Below, one piece after another: positions 1-13,109 of a stretch of 64,000 nt of DNA. The stretch's first letter is position 1; every line of letters begins with the position of its first letter. The notes beneath the pieces were generated by a model. That model had not been told where the DNA came from. It saw only the letters and a program-made list of their open reading frames with translations, and made no database searches. The stretch comes from Octopus sinensis (Eukaryota), in NCBI RefSeq assembly GCF_006345805.1, contig NC_043012.1, forward strand, positions 38,502,001 through 38,566,000, read 5' to 3'. The translations under genes and the position numbers were made by a program.

Positions 1-168
1 GAGTGGCCTTGTGATAATTAGCTTACTTACCAACCACATGGTTCCGTTTTCAGTCCCAATGCGTGGCACCTTGGGCAAGTGTCTTCTACTATAGCCTCGG
101 GCCGACCAAAGCCTTGTGAGTGGATTTGGTAGACGGAAACTGAAAGAAGCTTGTCGTATATCTATCTA

Positions 169-221
<53 letters not shown>

Positions 222-225
<4 letters not shown>

Positions 226-520
226 TTATTAAAATTATAAATTAGGGTATCTACGAGATACCACCATGTTGAAAATAGCAGCAATGATCTGACTCTAAGA
301 CCACCTATTCTACTGACGAGGCAAAGCGTTTCTAAATGCAAAGTCAGAAATCCAAGATCTAGAATTATCCAGTAATTTTTTACTAGTTTCATCTTGTCTC
401 TTTGTTTTCTCTCCGTGTCGATATATGGTCAATTAAGGTGGTTTTAGAGTCAGATCATGGCTGCTATTTTCAGCATGGTGGTATCTCGTAGATACCCTAA
501 TTTATAATTTTAATAATTAT
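222..520. mobile_element. Fold-back element with ~85-bp inverted arms enclosing a hammerhead motif (inverted PLE pseudo-LTR-like)
   Basis: Arm 222-306 is the reverse complement of 436-520 with 3 mismatches; inserted in (TA)n. Confidence 0.8.
307..365 (+). ncRNA. Type I hammerhead ribozyme motif
   Basis: attcta-CTGACGA-ggc..gcgttt/aaatgc..gtc(a)-GAAA-tc caa ga-TC-tagaat. Helix I attcta/tagaat is 6 bp; helices II and III can form, with one extra A before GAAA. Confidence 0.75.
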
Positions 521-598
521 TACCTTTGAAGTTTATTTTTCCATGCTGACCACTTGATTTGTTTTATTTTTAAATTAACGATCTTATCCTTATTTATA

Positions 599-672
<74 letters not shown>

Positions 673-1937
673 GTGTGTGTGTGTGTCTGTGTTTGTCCCC
701 CCAACATTACTTGACAAACAATGCTGGTTTGTTTACGTCTCCGTCACTTAGCGGTTCGACAAGAGAGCCCGATAGAATAAGTACTAGGCTTACAAAGAAT
801 AAGTCCTGGGGTCGATTTGCTCGACTAAAGGCAGTGCTCCAACATGGCCGCAGTCAAATGACTGTAACAAATAAAACAAAAAAAAAGAATAAAATAATTT
901 AAGAAATGTCAGAAGCTATAAAGCGTTTCCGTATTTTAGAAACTAGTTAGGTTGGAGCTATGGCAGTTCTCCTCAAACATGAAAGATGGCTGAATGCTTA
1001 TACCAGACGGAAGTCTAATAAATGTACTCGACAGCAAATGTTATGTTAAATCGAGCGACAGATGAAGACTACTACTTCGATACATCACAAAATATGAAAT
1101 CAGCAGAACCAAGAGGTAAAACGTTGAAGGCAAAATATCCTAGATTTAATCAGCTTTTAGGTATATTCAAGCCCGTCATTTGCAGCTGCTTTATACTCGC
1201 AAAGAATATATCGTATTATGTTTGCAATATGCTTATGCGAAACGTAGAGATAAAAATAAACAAATGATATTAAAACACAACATTGGCTATGTGACAATAA
1301 CACGTCTCCTTTGTTCTGAAACATGTCTGGTCAAATTGACGAACAGATCAAAGCGAAGCGTTCAGATATATTTTAATAAATGAAATATTTTGACCTCTGA
1401 CAGACACTGCAATCCATTCAGAGCAAAAAAACGGTGATACTTCATAAAAATTCAGCTCTTGCATATGTAAAATTCATAGAATGGCCAACCGGCCATAAAA
1501 CGTTGAGGTCACTTTTTTTACAGTGTGCATACATATGTGAGTGTGTGTGTGTGTATGTGTGTGTGTGTGTGTGCGTGTGTGCGCGCGTGCGTGGGCGATT
1601 AAAAATTGTATATTAGCGACGGAAACTGTATTAATACCAAATGAGAATCTTAACGTCCAAATTAACGTGGACTTATTATTACGACACCGAATACTATGTT
1701 ATTTGCCTTAAAATATCCTCTCATATAGATGTACAGAGCTAATAGAAAACGTATATCGTACCACACGAAACCTATCTGCCATGGTACCGGGAAATGACAA
1801 ATCACGTGATTTCAGCGTACTGCACTTCCTCAGTGGTAGGCATCCTGTTGCTGCTTACCAACAAAATCACATTGTCGGCGATATAGACTTGTGTGTATAT
1901 GTACGCGTCCGTGTGAATATGCGCGTAAATATGTATA

Positions 1938-2520
<583 letters not shown>

Positions 2521-2677
2521 TATATATATACATATACGTATATGAATATAAACATCGCAAACATCAGCTGGTACCATCACGTCTCCAACAAAGAGATGCC
2601 TTCGTGCACACGTCAACCCGCAGCCTCCCCATCTCATACGTGCACAGCATGTATGTACGTATATATATCTTTCTTGA

Positions 2678-2721
2678 ACAGTCCGATGAAGGCTACAGGG
2701 CTGAAACGTCGACGCCACTGT
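2678..2721 (+). ncRNA. Degenerate minimal hammerhead motif
   Basis: acagt-CCGATGA-a-ggc tacagg gct-GAAA-cg-TC-gacgccactgt; U4>C change in the core. Confidence 0.4.
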
Positions 2722-4123
2722 CACTACTCTTGTGAAAGTAAAATATATATCTACAATTGAGTCCTACTTCAGTTTGTTCAATTGTAAAATTGCTTTGATT
2801 ATAACTCAACTTACAACAAATATTTATATACATACATATATATGATATATATTACGCATACATGTACACACACACACATATGACCCTCCCCACACACACA
2901 TACTTGCTCTGCATGCTTGATTAATGCTCTTGCTTAATGGGGCTGGATCATCCCAGGTTAGTCAGTAATCCCACAGAGAGACGTCATAATGCTTAGATCA
3001 GTTTGTATCAAGATGTTTTTGAAATCAGTCACAGAACAGTAAGTACCTCAAACGTTTCTGTAAAAGTCGAGATGCCTGGTTGCAGAATGTAAACCCAAAC
3101 ACAGTGACTGCGAAATGAGCTTCTTAGCCACACGCCTACTGTTAATTCTCTAACGTCCATCATCTCATCAATAATTGAAAATTTGAGGAAAATGACATAC
3201 CTGAACACCAGACAGGTAGACGTAATAATAAAACAGCACCTATGCGACAATTAATCCGAAGCACAAGATTAAATTCGTAGAAATCTTCCCAAAATTCTTC
3301 CATAAGGCATAATTATTTCACCACAATTGGACAATTACATATCAATTATTTTCCAATTTTCTAACGATGCCACGTCCTTCGACACTGCTGTCAATATAGC
3401 AACCGGACTCTCAGAAACAAACGATCGATATCCAATGACCAATCAGATTCTTTTTACGTTTTTCTTGACTTGCTAGAAATAGATACATCATCTCCTTCAA
3501 ACGGCAATCTCAGTGAACAACTGAGTGAACGTCTACTGAGTCGTTTGCTCTGCTGAAAATAGTAGCCAAATGTCTCTCAAATGACATACTGGTTTATATT
3601 GCTTTCAAATTTTGGCACAAGTCCCACAATTTCGATTTCGGCGGAATTTGAACTCAGAACATGAGGAGAGACGAAATACCGCTTAGCAGTTTGCCTGGCG
3701 TGCTAAAGTTTCTACTAACTTGTCACCCACTGATATATATATACTGACAAAGGAAAAGTACATTGTGCAATGTAGTTCTAGCTATACTATGCCAGAAAAT
3801 ATTGGCATGATAACGATTGATACACACATGGTCGTAGACATGAGTGTTGTCTTCGGATTAAAGAACAAGAGCCAATCAAGTAAATTCTACGATATCAAGT
3901 GATTTTCTAGGAATGTCCACTACGTCTTCATCAAATTACCCATGTTTGCTGTTAAGAAACAACTACATCCATGCGTATACGTGTTTATTTATATATGTCA
4001 TATGTACAAAAATACCCCTCCACACACACACACACACCCATACACCCTAACTGGCTGGTGATTTCCATATGGTTTATGTACATGGGTCGAGGTGAAAATA
4101 GCTATACTGTTGTTCTTCAACTA

Positions 4124-4686
4124 TTGGGTTGTCCAGAAAGTTCGTACTGATTTATAGGAGCTTACCTTTCGATTTATTTTAGAACATGGTTGAGTCCATA
4201 AAATAGGATTTGCTACGCCTCCATTTAGAGCGCAGTTTAAGCTATATTTTCGTGGAAGAAGGTTTATGTTCCTATAACCTGTGTTAATTCTGTAACCCTT
4301 TAAAATGGAAGACGTGAAAGTTCATTTTCGGCATTTGATGCTTTGGGAACCAGACATAAATTGCGGTTCGGCTGGGATGTGTTACCCCACCCTCCATATT
4401 CACCAGATATTGCTCCGTCGGATTTCCACTTATTCAGGTCTCTGCAGAATAGTCTTAATGGTAAAAATTTCAATTCCTTGGATGACGTAAAAAGATACCT
4501 TAATGAATTCTTTGCCATGAAACTACCTCAATTCTGGGAAGAGGGTATTTTCAAGTTAAAGGAAAGATAGAAACGCATTGTGCAACAAAATGGTTCATAT
4601 TTGGTTGATTAAAAAATGTAATGGCAAGTATTTATTGACCTTTTTCTTTCCTTTAAAAATCGGCACGAACTTTCCGGACAACCCAA
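4124..4686 (+). mobile_element. Internally deleted mariner (DD34D) transposon
   Basis: TIRs ttgggttgtccagaaagttcgtactgattt / aaaatcggcacgaactttccggacaacccaa with TA flanks. N-terminus MEDVKVHFRHLMLWE is joined to the C-terminal HPPYSPDIAPSDFHLF motif. Confidence 0.95.
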
Positions 4687-5819
4687 TATTTTCTCCAGTA
4701 GTCTCGTAACCATCATAATCGTCATGTTTGTCTTACTTCCCTTCTCTGATTGATTCAGCCATTATAAAAGCTTTCTGAGCCGAACACATGCCGTAATCGG
4801 CGATTGAAAATGCATTCACAATTTTGAAGATTGCATGCGTGTATGTTTGCAACGAAAGTAGTAAGAGGCATGTCTTTCGTCGTAAAAGTTTTAAAGCACT
4901 TCATTATATTCACTCACAAAAGACGCACCTTGGAAGTTGACTACAAGTTGATAAACCACAAGCAAAGCATCGCAGACAAGCATTAACCTTTGTTATATAA
5001 TCACAGGTAACTTGTGGAGCGACGAACCGTCACATCCACTTTTATAATACAAAGACTTCAACGCAGCTAAGCATAAATAATGTCCTGAAGCAAATTTAGA
5101 ATTAAAGTAAAAAAATTATGACAATATTTCTTCAATCTGAAACGCTGCTCTCAGTCTCAGACACAAAGGTATGCACGCAAAAAAAGAAACATGCGCAAAT
5201 AATAAATAATAAACACAGAAAATAAACACACAAACACAGACAAAGACACATAGTCATTCTGAAATACACACAGGCACATTAAGGAATACACCCGTCCACA
5301 CACCCGTCCACACACACTAGGCAATGGACACATCTAGACGAGCAGTCTACTGCAAAATTCAAATGGGTTCTCATTATAGAAATTATGAAAGAATTTTACG
5401 GACGACAATTAAGCGAATTTGTCAGTGCAGTAAACTGGCAAGCGATTAGTCGTGTAGCTCATGAGTTGTAAACAAATTAACTTTTCTGGAATAATAACGC
5501 ACATTCCAACACATGTTTCCATACATATTCAGAATTAATAATACACTGGAATGGAGGAGAGTTATCAAAGAAAATAGTCTAACATTAAGCCTGATTAAAG
5601 CGAAAATACTGCATTAAATATTACCTTAATCATTGGCCCTTCAAACCTTCCATTACAAGTAAATTAGAAATATCAGTAACAGTAATATTCGTCGCATTTT
5701 TCCTCATTTGGCTCTGAGCCGTTGCTATTAAACTCGATCGTTTTCGCCAAAAGAAATAATTACCGCATATAACTAAGTTGACATTTATTCAGAAAACATT
5801 TTTAGAAAATACATGGTAT

Positions 5820-6143
5820 GGAAGGCCCGTGGTTTAGAGGTTAGAGTATTCGTCTCACGATCATATAGTCGTGAGTTCGATTCCTGGGGACGCGTTATGT
5901 CCTTGAGCAAGACACTTTATTTCAATTTGTTCCATTTCACTCAGCTGGCAAAAATTAGTTGTGTGTGTAATTCTAAAGGGCCAATCGTGTCACACTGCGT
6001 GTCACGCTGAACCTCCCTGAGAACTATGTTAAGGTTCCGTGTATTTGAGGATTTCTCGTCCTCTTGCACGTTAAATTCTCTCAGCAGGCTGCTCCGTTGA
6101 TCAGATCACCAAAACACTCCTCGTCGTAAGTGACGGAGTGCTA
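5820..6143 (+). mobile_element. tRNA-derived SINE family C head with an alternative tail
   Basis: Box A/B-like head (gtggtttagaggttag..gagttcgattcc); TSD tacatggtatggaa at 5810-5823 and 6145-6158. Confidence 0.8.
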
Positions 6144-6576
6144 GTACATGGTATGGAAAAACAAAATAACTCACAATAAATTTCGTTGTATTGACAGTGA
6201 TACGGGAGATAATTCTAAGCAGGTTTCATTCGTATTATGACCTCATTATCACAGCATAGACATAATCGAAATTGGCGAAATAGTGATGGAAGTATACGTA
6301 ACTAACCATACAAGATTGTACACTGGCTGGTGTGAAATCATAGAGCAAAGACCGGTGCAAATGGTGAGCGTCAGTGTTGGTAATGATTGTTCAGTGAAGT
6401 TCATGAGTTGGGACAGATCTATGTGCCAAGAAAAGAAGATTGCTTTCTTCGTCAACTATGGAAACATAGACTAGCTACGAATGTAAAATATCTTGCTGCG
6501 AGTTTTCCAAATTATAAAGAATAGCCTCGGTTGACGTTCGGCCAGAATTTTCTGTTTTTTTTTAATTTGAAGCAAT

Positions 6577-6777
6577 TCATCCATCCATCCATCCGTCCAT
6601 CCATCCGTCCATCCATCCGTCCATCCATCCGTCCATCCATCCATCCATCCATCCATCCATCCATCCATCCATCCATCCATCCATCCATCCATCCATCCAT
6701 CCTTCCGTCCATCCATCCGTCCATCCATCCATCCATCCATCCATCCATCCATCCATCCAGCCAGCCATCCATCCATC
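6577..6777. repeat. (CCAT)n microsatellite
   Basis: Direct reading of the sequence. Confidence 0.98.
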
Positions 6778-6904
6778 GTCTCCACTCACTCTTCCTGTGA
6801 AGGTAGTGCGGGTAAAGTCCTCATGCACCTCTTCTCTAGGGTCTAATCAGAAGTAATCTTCATTAAAGTTTTCGGCTGGATTCCCAAATATGATCAACTG
6901 AGAC

Positions 6905-7090
6905 TAAAAATTCTGGTTTCACATTTTGGCAGAACCCCAGAAATTTCGAGGGTAGTGTTAAAACCGCCGCCCCCCACACCCACCCACCTCAGAACATGAC
7001 TAGTACTTATTTTATCGATCCCGAAAGGATGAAAGAGAAAGTCGGACTCGGCGTAATTTGAACTCAGGACGAAAAGGCAGACGAACCGGA
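6905..7090 (-). mobile_element. SINE family B copy
   Basis: Reverse complement of the gagttcaaatt..ccgagtccgactt..ctttcatcctttcgggatcgataaa core. Confidence 0.75.
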
Positions 7091-7141
7091 GCTGTGATCT
7101 CAAAGTTCGGAGAAATAGCAGCTCAACTTTGAGAGACTCCC

Positions 7142-7283
7142 TAATTTCGGAGCTACATGCCCTGCCGGGTGACGTTATTTCAGGGCTACGTGCCCTGCCG
7201 GGTGACGGTATTTCAGAGCTACATGCCCTGCCGGTTGACGTTATTTCGGAGCTACGTGCCCTGCCAGGTGACGTAATTTCGGA
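7142..7283. repeat. GC-rich 33-bp minisatellite, about 4.3 units
   Basis: Unit ttatttcggagctacgtgccctgccgggtgacg, head-to-tail with no spacers. Confidence 0.9.
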
Positions 7284-7942
7284 GATTCTTTGGCTTCTTG
7301 TATTTGCAATTGTGCTTTATCAATCATTAATCAACACCCATAACCATAGTAGAGGACAGGAACGAAGACCCCAATTGAAGATTGTGATTTTGCCTTTTTT
7401 ATCAATCTCACTTATCGGGATTGAATGCTGAAGCTAGCGATTTTCTGCTGAACACAATGACGATTAAATGATGTCAGGCATTTACTCTCTTCTGTTTCCA
7501 CGAGACAAAATATGTTTCTATATTAAGTTGGGCAAAAATTCAAACAATGACATATTTGCCGTTCAGTTTCCGTCTTGCCTGCCATTTTGTGGGCAGGCCC
7601 ATTCTTGCCTGCATCTGTACTCACGCGCAAAGGAAAAAGGCGAACGGTGTCAGGCATTTAACGAGATCGCATGCGCAAAGGAAAAAAAGCGATCTTTTTG
7701 GCCAACACAATATTTCCAGTTCAAAATTTTCCTTTACAACACACAGAGCTGGAAATGATATAAAGTTTAATTCCAAAATCCTGCCGTAAATCTATAATTA
7801 GGATCGAAACGGTTTCTTGAGAGGCTATAACCACCTGGTATATAAGTTTTCCCTGATTCTTAATAAAAAGAAATATTATATGGCGTATATTTCAGTTGGT
7901 GTTGATATAATTAGTGTTGGAGACCTTACAAATCTGAATATA

Positions 7943-7986
<44 letters not shown>

Positions 7987-8069
7987 TAATAATAATAATA
8001 ATAATAATCATAACCTGATATAAATAGCTGACAGTTGCCCATCAAATCCTTTCTCTGGTGTAGTTAATG

Positions 8070-8448
8070 ACTAAAACAATACCTGTTGTCATAGGTGCCC
8101 TGGGAATGATAGCAAAAGGGGCTGATAGCTACCTAACTCAGATACCAGGAAACCCAAAAATAGCAGAAATTCAAAAGATAGGGCTCATGGGAACTGCTCA
8201 TATCCTACGCAAAATACTTTCTATGTAATCTCAAGGTTTAAAACAAACATAATTTTCGGTTTAAAAAAAAAATTTTTTTTAGACATTCATTAGTACAACA
8301 CCAAAAATTCCACCCCCCCAAATATATGGCACACTAGGCATAACAACAACATGAACTTCCAACCTGGTGTCTCTTGAGGTCTCTGGGTGAGACTTGGAGC
8401 CAACTTGTACAAATATAAAGCAAAAGTCAAACATAGAATAATAATAAT
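8070..8448 (+). mobile_element. 5'-truncated R4/Dong-clade (REL endonuclease) non-LTR retrotransposon 3' end in (TAA)n
   Basis: 8070-8228 translates TKTIPVVIGALGMIAKG..IQKIGLMGTAHILRKILSM*, typical of the R4/Dong C-terminus. The 3' UTR ends in aataataataat, and (AAT)n lies upstream at 7943-8007. Confidence 0.8.
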
Positions 8449-9477
8449 ACAGTGAAAGAACATAATTTTAATCAATGAATACAATTCATAACATTTTGTT
8501 ACTTCGAGATTCGCGGGAAACAATCATGAAGATGTTCCTACTTCTAATGACCTCGTTAGTGAATTCTATATTTGACTGAACTTCCGAAGTAGATGAGGAA
8601 AAATCATAAAATAAATTCACAAAATCACTGTCTTTGTTGCAACAAAATAGAACTGCTTAGAAAACGCAAATGTGGTTCTAATTTTGTGCGTTTTAAAGAT
8701 CGAAAAAAATAAATAATAAATAATAAACAGCCAGACAATGTCGATGACTTGTGATCAGTTTTGTCTACCAGACAATACAATCGAATAAGTAACATTAATA
8801 TTGCTGAGAGAATTTGATAATCTTTTACCTGCAGGAAAAGGCAATGGAGAAATGAATTCAAAAAATTAACGTATTAACGTTCATCCTTCTACAGAAAATT
8901 ACTAAAAAAATGACACAGTAGCAGCCACGGTTCTATACTTAGATCGACCTGATATAAATAGCTGACAGTTGCCCATCAAATCCTTTCTCTGGTGTAGTTA
9001 ATGACAGATGGGATGGGTCAGGCTGGAATACATTTGAATGTAAATCAACTCAATAACGATTAAGTACTCAATGACGAACACGACGAAAAGAATAGAGTTC
9101 TTAAGATATCGCCGGAATACTGAAGTCAGCAATGAAAACTAAAGTATTCAAAGAGAATATCCGTATATACGACAGGAAGTCAGAGTAGATGGAGGCTTTC
9201 CAGGCGCAGAAATGTGGTGAAGCTGCACGCTTCCGAACCATATTGCTTCGGGTTCAATCCCATTGCATTCAATTTGGTCTACTGTAGCTCCAGGCCGACG
9301 AAAGCATTGGGAATAGATTCGGATGAAGGGAACTAAAATAAATCTGTCCTCCACACACATTCACCCACAATGGGAACCCAATACGGTTCGAAAATCGATT
9401 AAGCCTGTTCATAATTTTTTTCAGTCTACGGAGAAATAGTTAAAATGTACCCTGTTTATAATTATAACATATGTGAT

Positions 9478-9509
<32 letters not shown>

Positions 9510-9516
9510 GCATATA

Positions 9517-9733
9517 CGAGGGTGTGCTTGAAGATTATTGGCTTTAACGGCATCGCGTAAGGCCTGCTTGGAGGCCCAACATTCCGAGTTCTATTACAGA
9601 GCTTAGAAAAACTGAAAGAACGCTGCAATAAGTGTGTGAATCTGAGAGAGGTATTTGTTCAATAAAATCATGATTAACTCATCCTACTGTATTTTCTTTT
9701 ACCCCAAACCATGAATTTTTCAGCACCCACTCA
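9517..9733 (+). mobile_element. Mariner-derived MITE
   Basis: TA-cgagggtgtgc(t)tgaa.. / ..ttttcagcacccactca-TA imperfect TIRs. The internal remnant LEKLKERCNKCVNLREVFVQ* resembles a mariner C-terminus. Confidence 0.75.
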
Positions 9734-9742
9734 TATATATAT

Positions 9743-9802
<60 letters not shown>

Positions 9803-9824
9803 CATATATATATATATATATATC

Positions 9825-9859
<35 letters not shown>

Positions 9860-9866
9860 GTGTGTG

Positions 9867-9917
<51 letters not shown>

Positions 9918-10057
9918 GTGTGTGTGCATATATATATATGTATTATTTACGTGTGTGCGTGTATGTTTCTGTCAACAACTCTGCCTCGTAAATTGTCATG
10001 GTTACTTTACATCACTGTGATAAAGCGGTTCGGCAAGAGAGAGAGAGAGAGAGGGGG

Positions 10058-10116
<59 letters not shown>

Positions 10117-10588
10117 GGGGGAGAAAGAGAGAGATCGACAGAATAAGTACCAGGCTTAAAATATGTACATGGATAAATTTGCTCGACCAAGCACTTCAAG
10201 GCACTGCACCAGCTCGGCCGCAGTCCAGACACAGTTACCAGTTCAACATAAGAGACAAAAGACTGGCACCAGGCAGTGCTTTAGTTTTACGTCAGACGAT
10301 CGCCGTTAAATTGCCGCTCGTTTAAGTGTCACATACGAGTATAAAACACAAAGACTGTAACAAAGTTAAATATTATAATATCTTCATAGAAAATATGGAC
10401 AAAGCTTCAACTTCAATGACGAGGTAAATACACTGTGAAAAATATCGATAAAACACAAATATTGGAGATAAACTTAACATATTTTATAGAGTAAATAATA
10501 ATTTAAATCGGCAAATTAATAGAAGGTAAACAAAAATGATTAAAGCAGCGGCTGTAAAATTTGAGAGAAAAGATGTTTCCGATATATG

Positions 10589-10627
<39 letters not shown>

Positions 10628-10728
10628 ATGTAAAATACATATAAAATATTTATAGGCACACACATGTATACAAATGTTCACATGCATATATATATACATA
10701 CATTTATGTATATATATATACATACATT

Positions 10729-10765
<37 letters not shown>

Positions 10766-10838
10766 ATACAAAATACATATGTGTTTATACATAGACGCAC
10801 ACATGTATACAAATCTTCATACGCATATAGATATGTAC

Positions 10839-10882
<44 letters not shown>

Positions 10883-10889
10883 TTATGTA

Positions 10890-10926
<37 letters not shown>

Positions 10927-11901
10927 CTATATATGTTTACACTTATGCACGCACATATATACATATGCTCACATATATACATATGTGTCTATGCATATCT
11001 ATACACATATGCAAATATATTAATGTTTTATACATACGTATATATGTGTGTGTGTGTGTGCCTCTGTGTGTGTGTATATATTTATGCATATATAAACATA
11101 CATATATACACGCATACAATTACACACACAAACACATATACATACATTAACACGCACACACAAACACACACACACACACATATATATATTATATATGCAC
11201 ACTCAGACACAATAACACGCATAAGTCTACAGAGAGATAACGCATAAATAGATAGAGACACACACACTCGTCCATAGAGCGGCGAACGCAGATTCGCCTT
11301 TAAAAATATATCGCATAAAATTTTCTTTGTCTTTTTTGTTATTCCTTTATTTGGCAAAATTCTGTTTGCTTTGACTTTCGGTTTACAGCTTCAGATTGGA
11401 AATTTGGTAAACACCATCGCTGGAATTTAGCTGAAGACGAACATTGGGCAAGCTATAAATACACATCCGCAAAACGCTTCTGATAAAATCAAAGAAGGAA
11501 TCAGGAAAATGCAACACGGAATGAAATGTTACACGGTTTATAATAAATAGTTAGTCATTTGAAATTAGGTTTTTCTTTTAACTAATTAATACTACAAAAA
11601 TAGATTAATTTCTTAGAATTATTTGGAGCTACAATGACACGACCACCAGCCTCCTGCCCCTTCTCCTCTTGCTTATCAATCGTCATCATCATCATCATCA
11701 ACATTGCTGTTATCATATACCTCCCTAATCATCATCATCACCATCATCACCATCATCATCATCATCATCATCATCATCACCATCGTGACTACGAACACCG
11801 CAGCAGCAGGGGCAGGAGCCGCGAGAGAAACAACAACAGCCGTAACTTTTGAATAACTTATTTACGTCGTGATCATCATCATCGTTAATGTATGTTTTCT
11901 A

Positions 11902-12292
11902 AGGCGGTGAGCTTGGCAGAAACGTTAGCACGGTATTCCGTCTGCCGCTACGTTCTGAGTTCAAATTCCGCCGAGGCCGACTTTGCCTTTCATTCTTTCA
12001 GGGTCGATTAAATAAGTACCAGTTACGCATTGGGGTCGATATAATTGACTTAATCCGTTAATCCATTTATCCGCCCTTGTTTGTCCTCTCTGTGTTTAGT
12101 CCCTTGTGGGTAGTAAAGAAATAGGTATTTCGTCTGCCGCTACGTTCTGAGTTCAAATTCCGCCGAGGCCGACTTTGCTTTTCATCCTTTCGGTGTCGAT
12201 AAATTAAGTACCAGTTTCGTACTGCGGTCGATCTAATCGACTGACCCCATCCCCACAAATTTCAGGCTTTGTGCCTAGAGTAGAAAAGTGTA
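11902..12292 (+). mobile_element. Dimeric SINE family B (monomer with tail 1 + partial monomer with tail 2)
   Basis: Two cores (ttctgagttcaaattccgccgaggccgacttt..gtcgat..aagtaccag); TSD tatgttttcta at 11891-11901 and 12293-12303 flanks the whole dimer. Confidence 0.85.
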
Positions 12293-12651
12293 TATGTTTT
12301 CTATCACACCGTGACCAGAAATATGCCTGTAACATTACATAATTCGTTAGGGAAGTATGAAATGTTTTATAAAATTGAACGTCGACGATTTTGTTGATAT
12401 TGTAAATGCAATGCCTGAGATGATAATAGAAATATTAATATTCTAGTATTACAAAATTACCATTACGTATAACAGTATAATGTGATTATGCACATTAGTG
12501 CTTTAGTAATGTAAATAGGAACCTTTAGTAATTACAAAATAATGTAAATATTTGTGGGTGAATCTATAAATACAAAAACAGACACACGTGTACGCACGCA
12601 TGCACACACACACACACGCACACACACATCTATATATGTAAGTATATATAT

Positions 12652-13085
12652 GTATGGGGTTGAAATTTACAGTAAAACAGAAGACGAGGACAGGTGTATA
12701 AACAACAAGCTGGTGTATTAGTCAGACGCTCGGGAAGGTGAGAAAGTGTTTTACGTTTCGAACCTACGCTCTTCAACAGAGAGGAACACGAGGAAATAAA
12801 CAGAGAGAGAATTTTAAAAAAATCTTGAGGATTTAGCGGTCCACTCATGGTGACTGGTTGGACAAAGGTAGTTGAGCAGGAGAGATAGAATGAAGGGGAT
12901 ATAATAAACTACTGGTGATCCCAAAACGAAGGTGCGCGTGCGTGTGTGTATGAGAGAGTATGTAAGTGTGTAAGTGTGGATAGGGGCTGGTGATTTTGAC
13001 GTGTGGATGGGTGCGCGTCTGTAATATGTGGGTGTGTGGATGATGGTGTGGGTCCTGGGAAATGGTTAGTGCTAGTGTGTGGTAT
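12652..13085 (-). mobile_element. PLE-like terminal-repeat fragment with a degenerate minimal hammerhead (12745-12785)
   Basis: Minus strand: CTGTTGA-a-gagc gtag gttc-GAAA-cg-TA. Helix II is intact, core A6>U, helix I is weak; flanked by TA-rich tracts. Confidence 0.55.
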
Positions 13086-13109
13086 ATGTATATATATATA
13101 TATGTATAT

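Larger units (their letters stand above)
1..880 (+). mobile_element. tRNA-derived SINE family A (head + internal TA/TG microsatellite + 3' body), interrupted by a PLE-like insert at ~221-600
   Basis: The head (..ccaaccacatggttcc..cagtccca..gcgtggcaccttgggcaagtgtcttctactatagcc..gacggaaactgaaagaagc, 1-158) and 3' part (..gatagaataagtactaggc..ggggtcgatttgctcgactaaagg..gcagtcaaatgactg, 685-870) recur many times in the window. Confidence 0.85.

Noticed and set aside
3196-3310. Minus-strand open frame ending at cag|gtatgt
   Set aside because: A good donor alone is insufficient and the peptide is unrecognisable.
6255-6474. Possible host exon (acag acceptor, gtgagc donor; 63-aa ORF)
   Set aside because: No recognisable protein similarity or partner exons; the splice-like sites could be chance.
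7142-7283. CRISPR-like 33-bp repeats
   Set aside because: Head-to-tail units without unique spacers, no cas genes, eukaryotic context.
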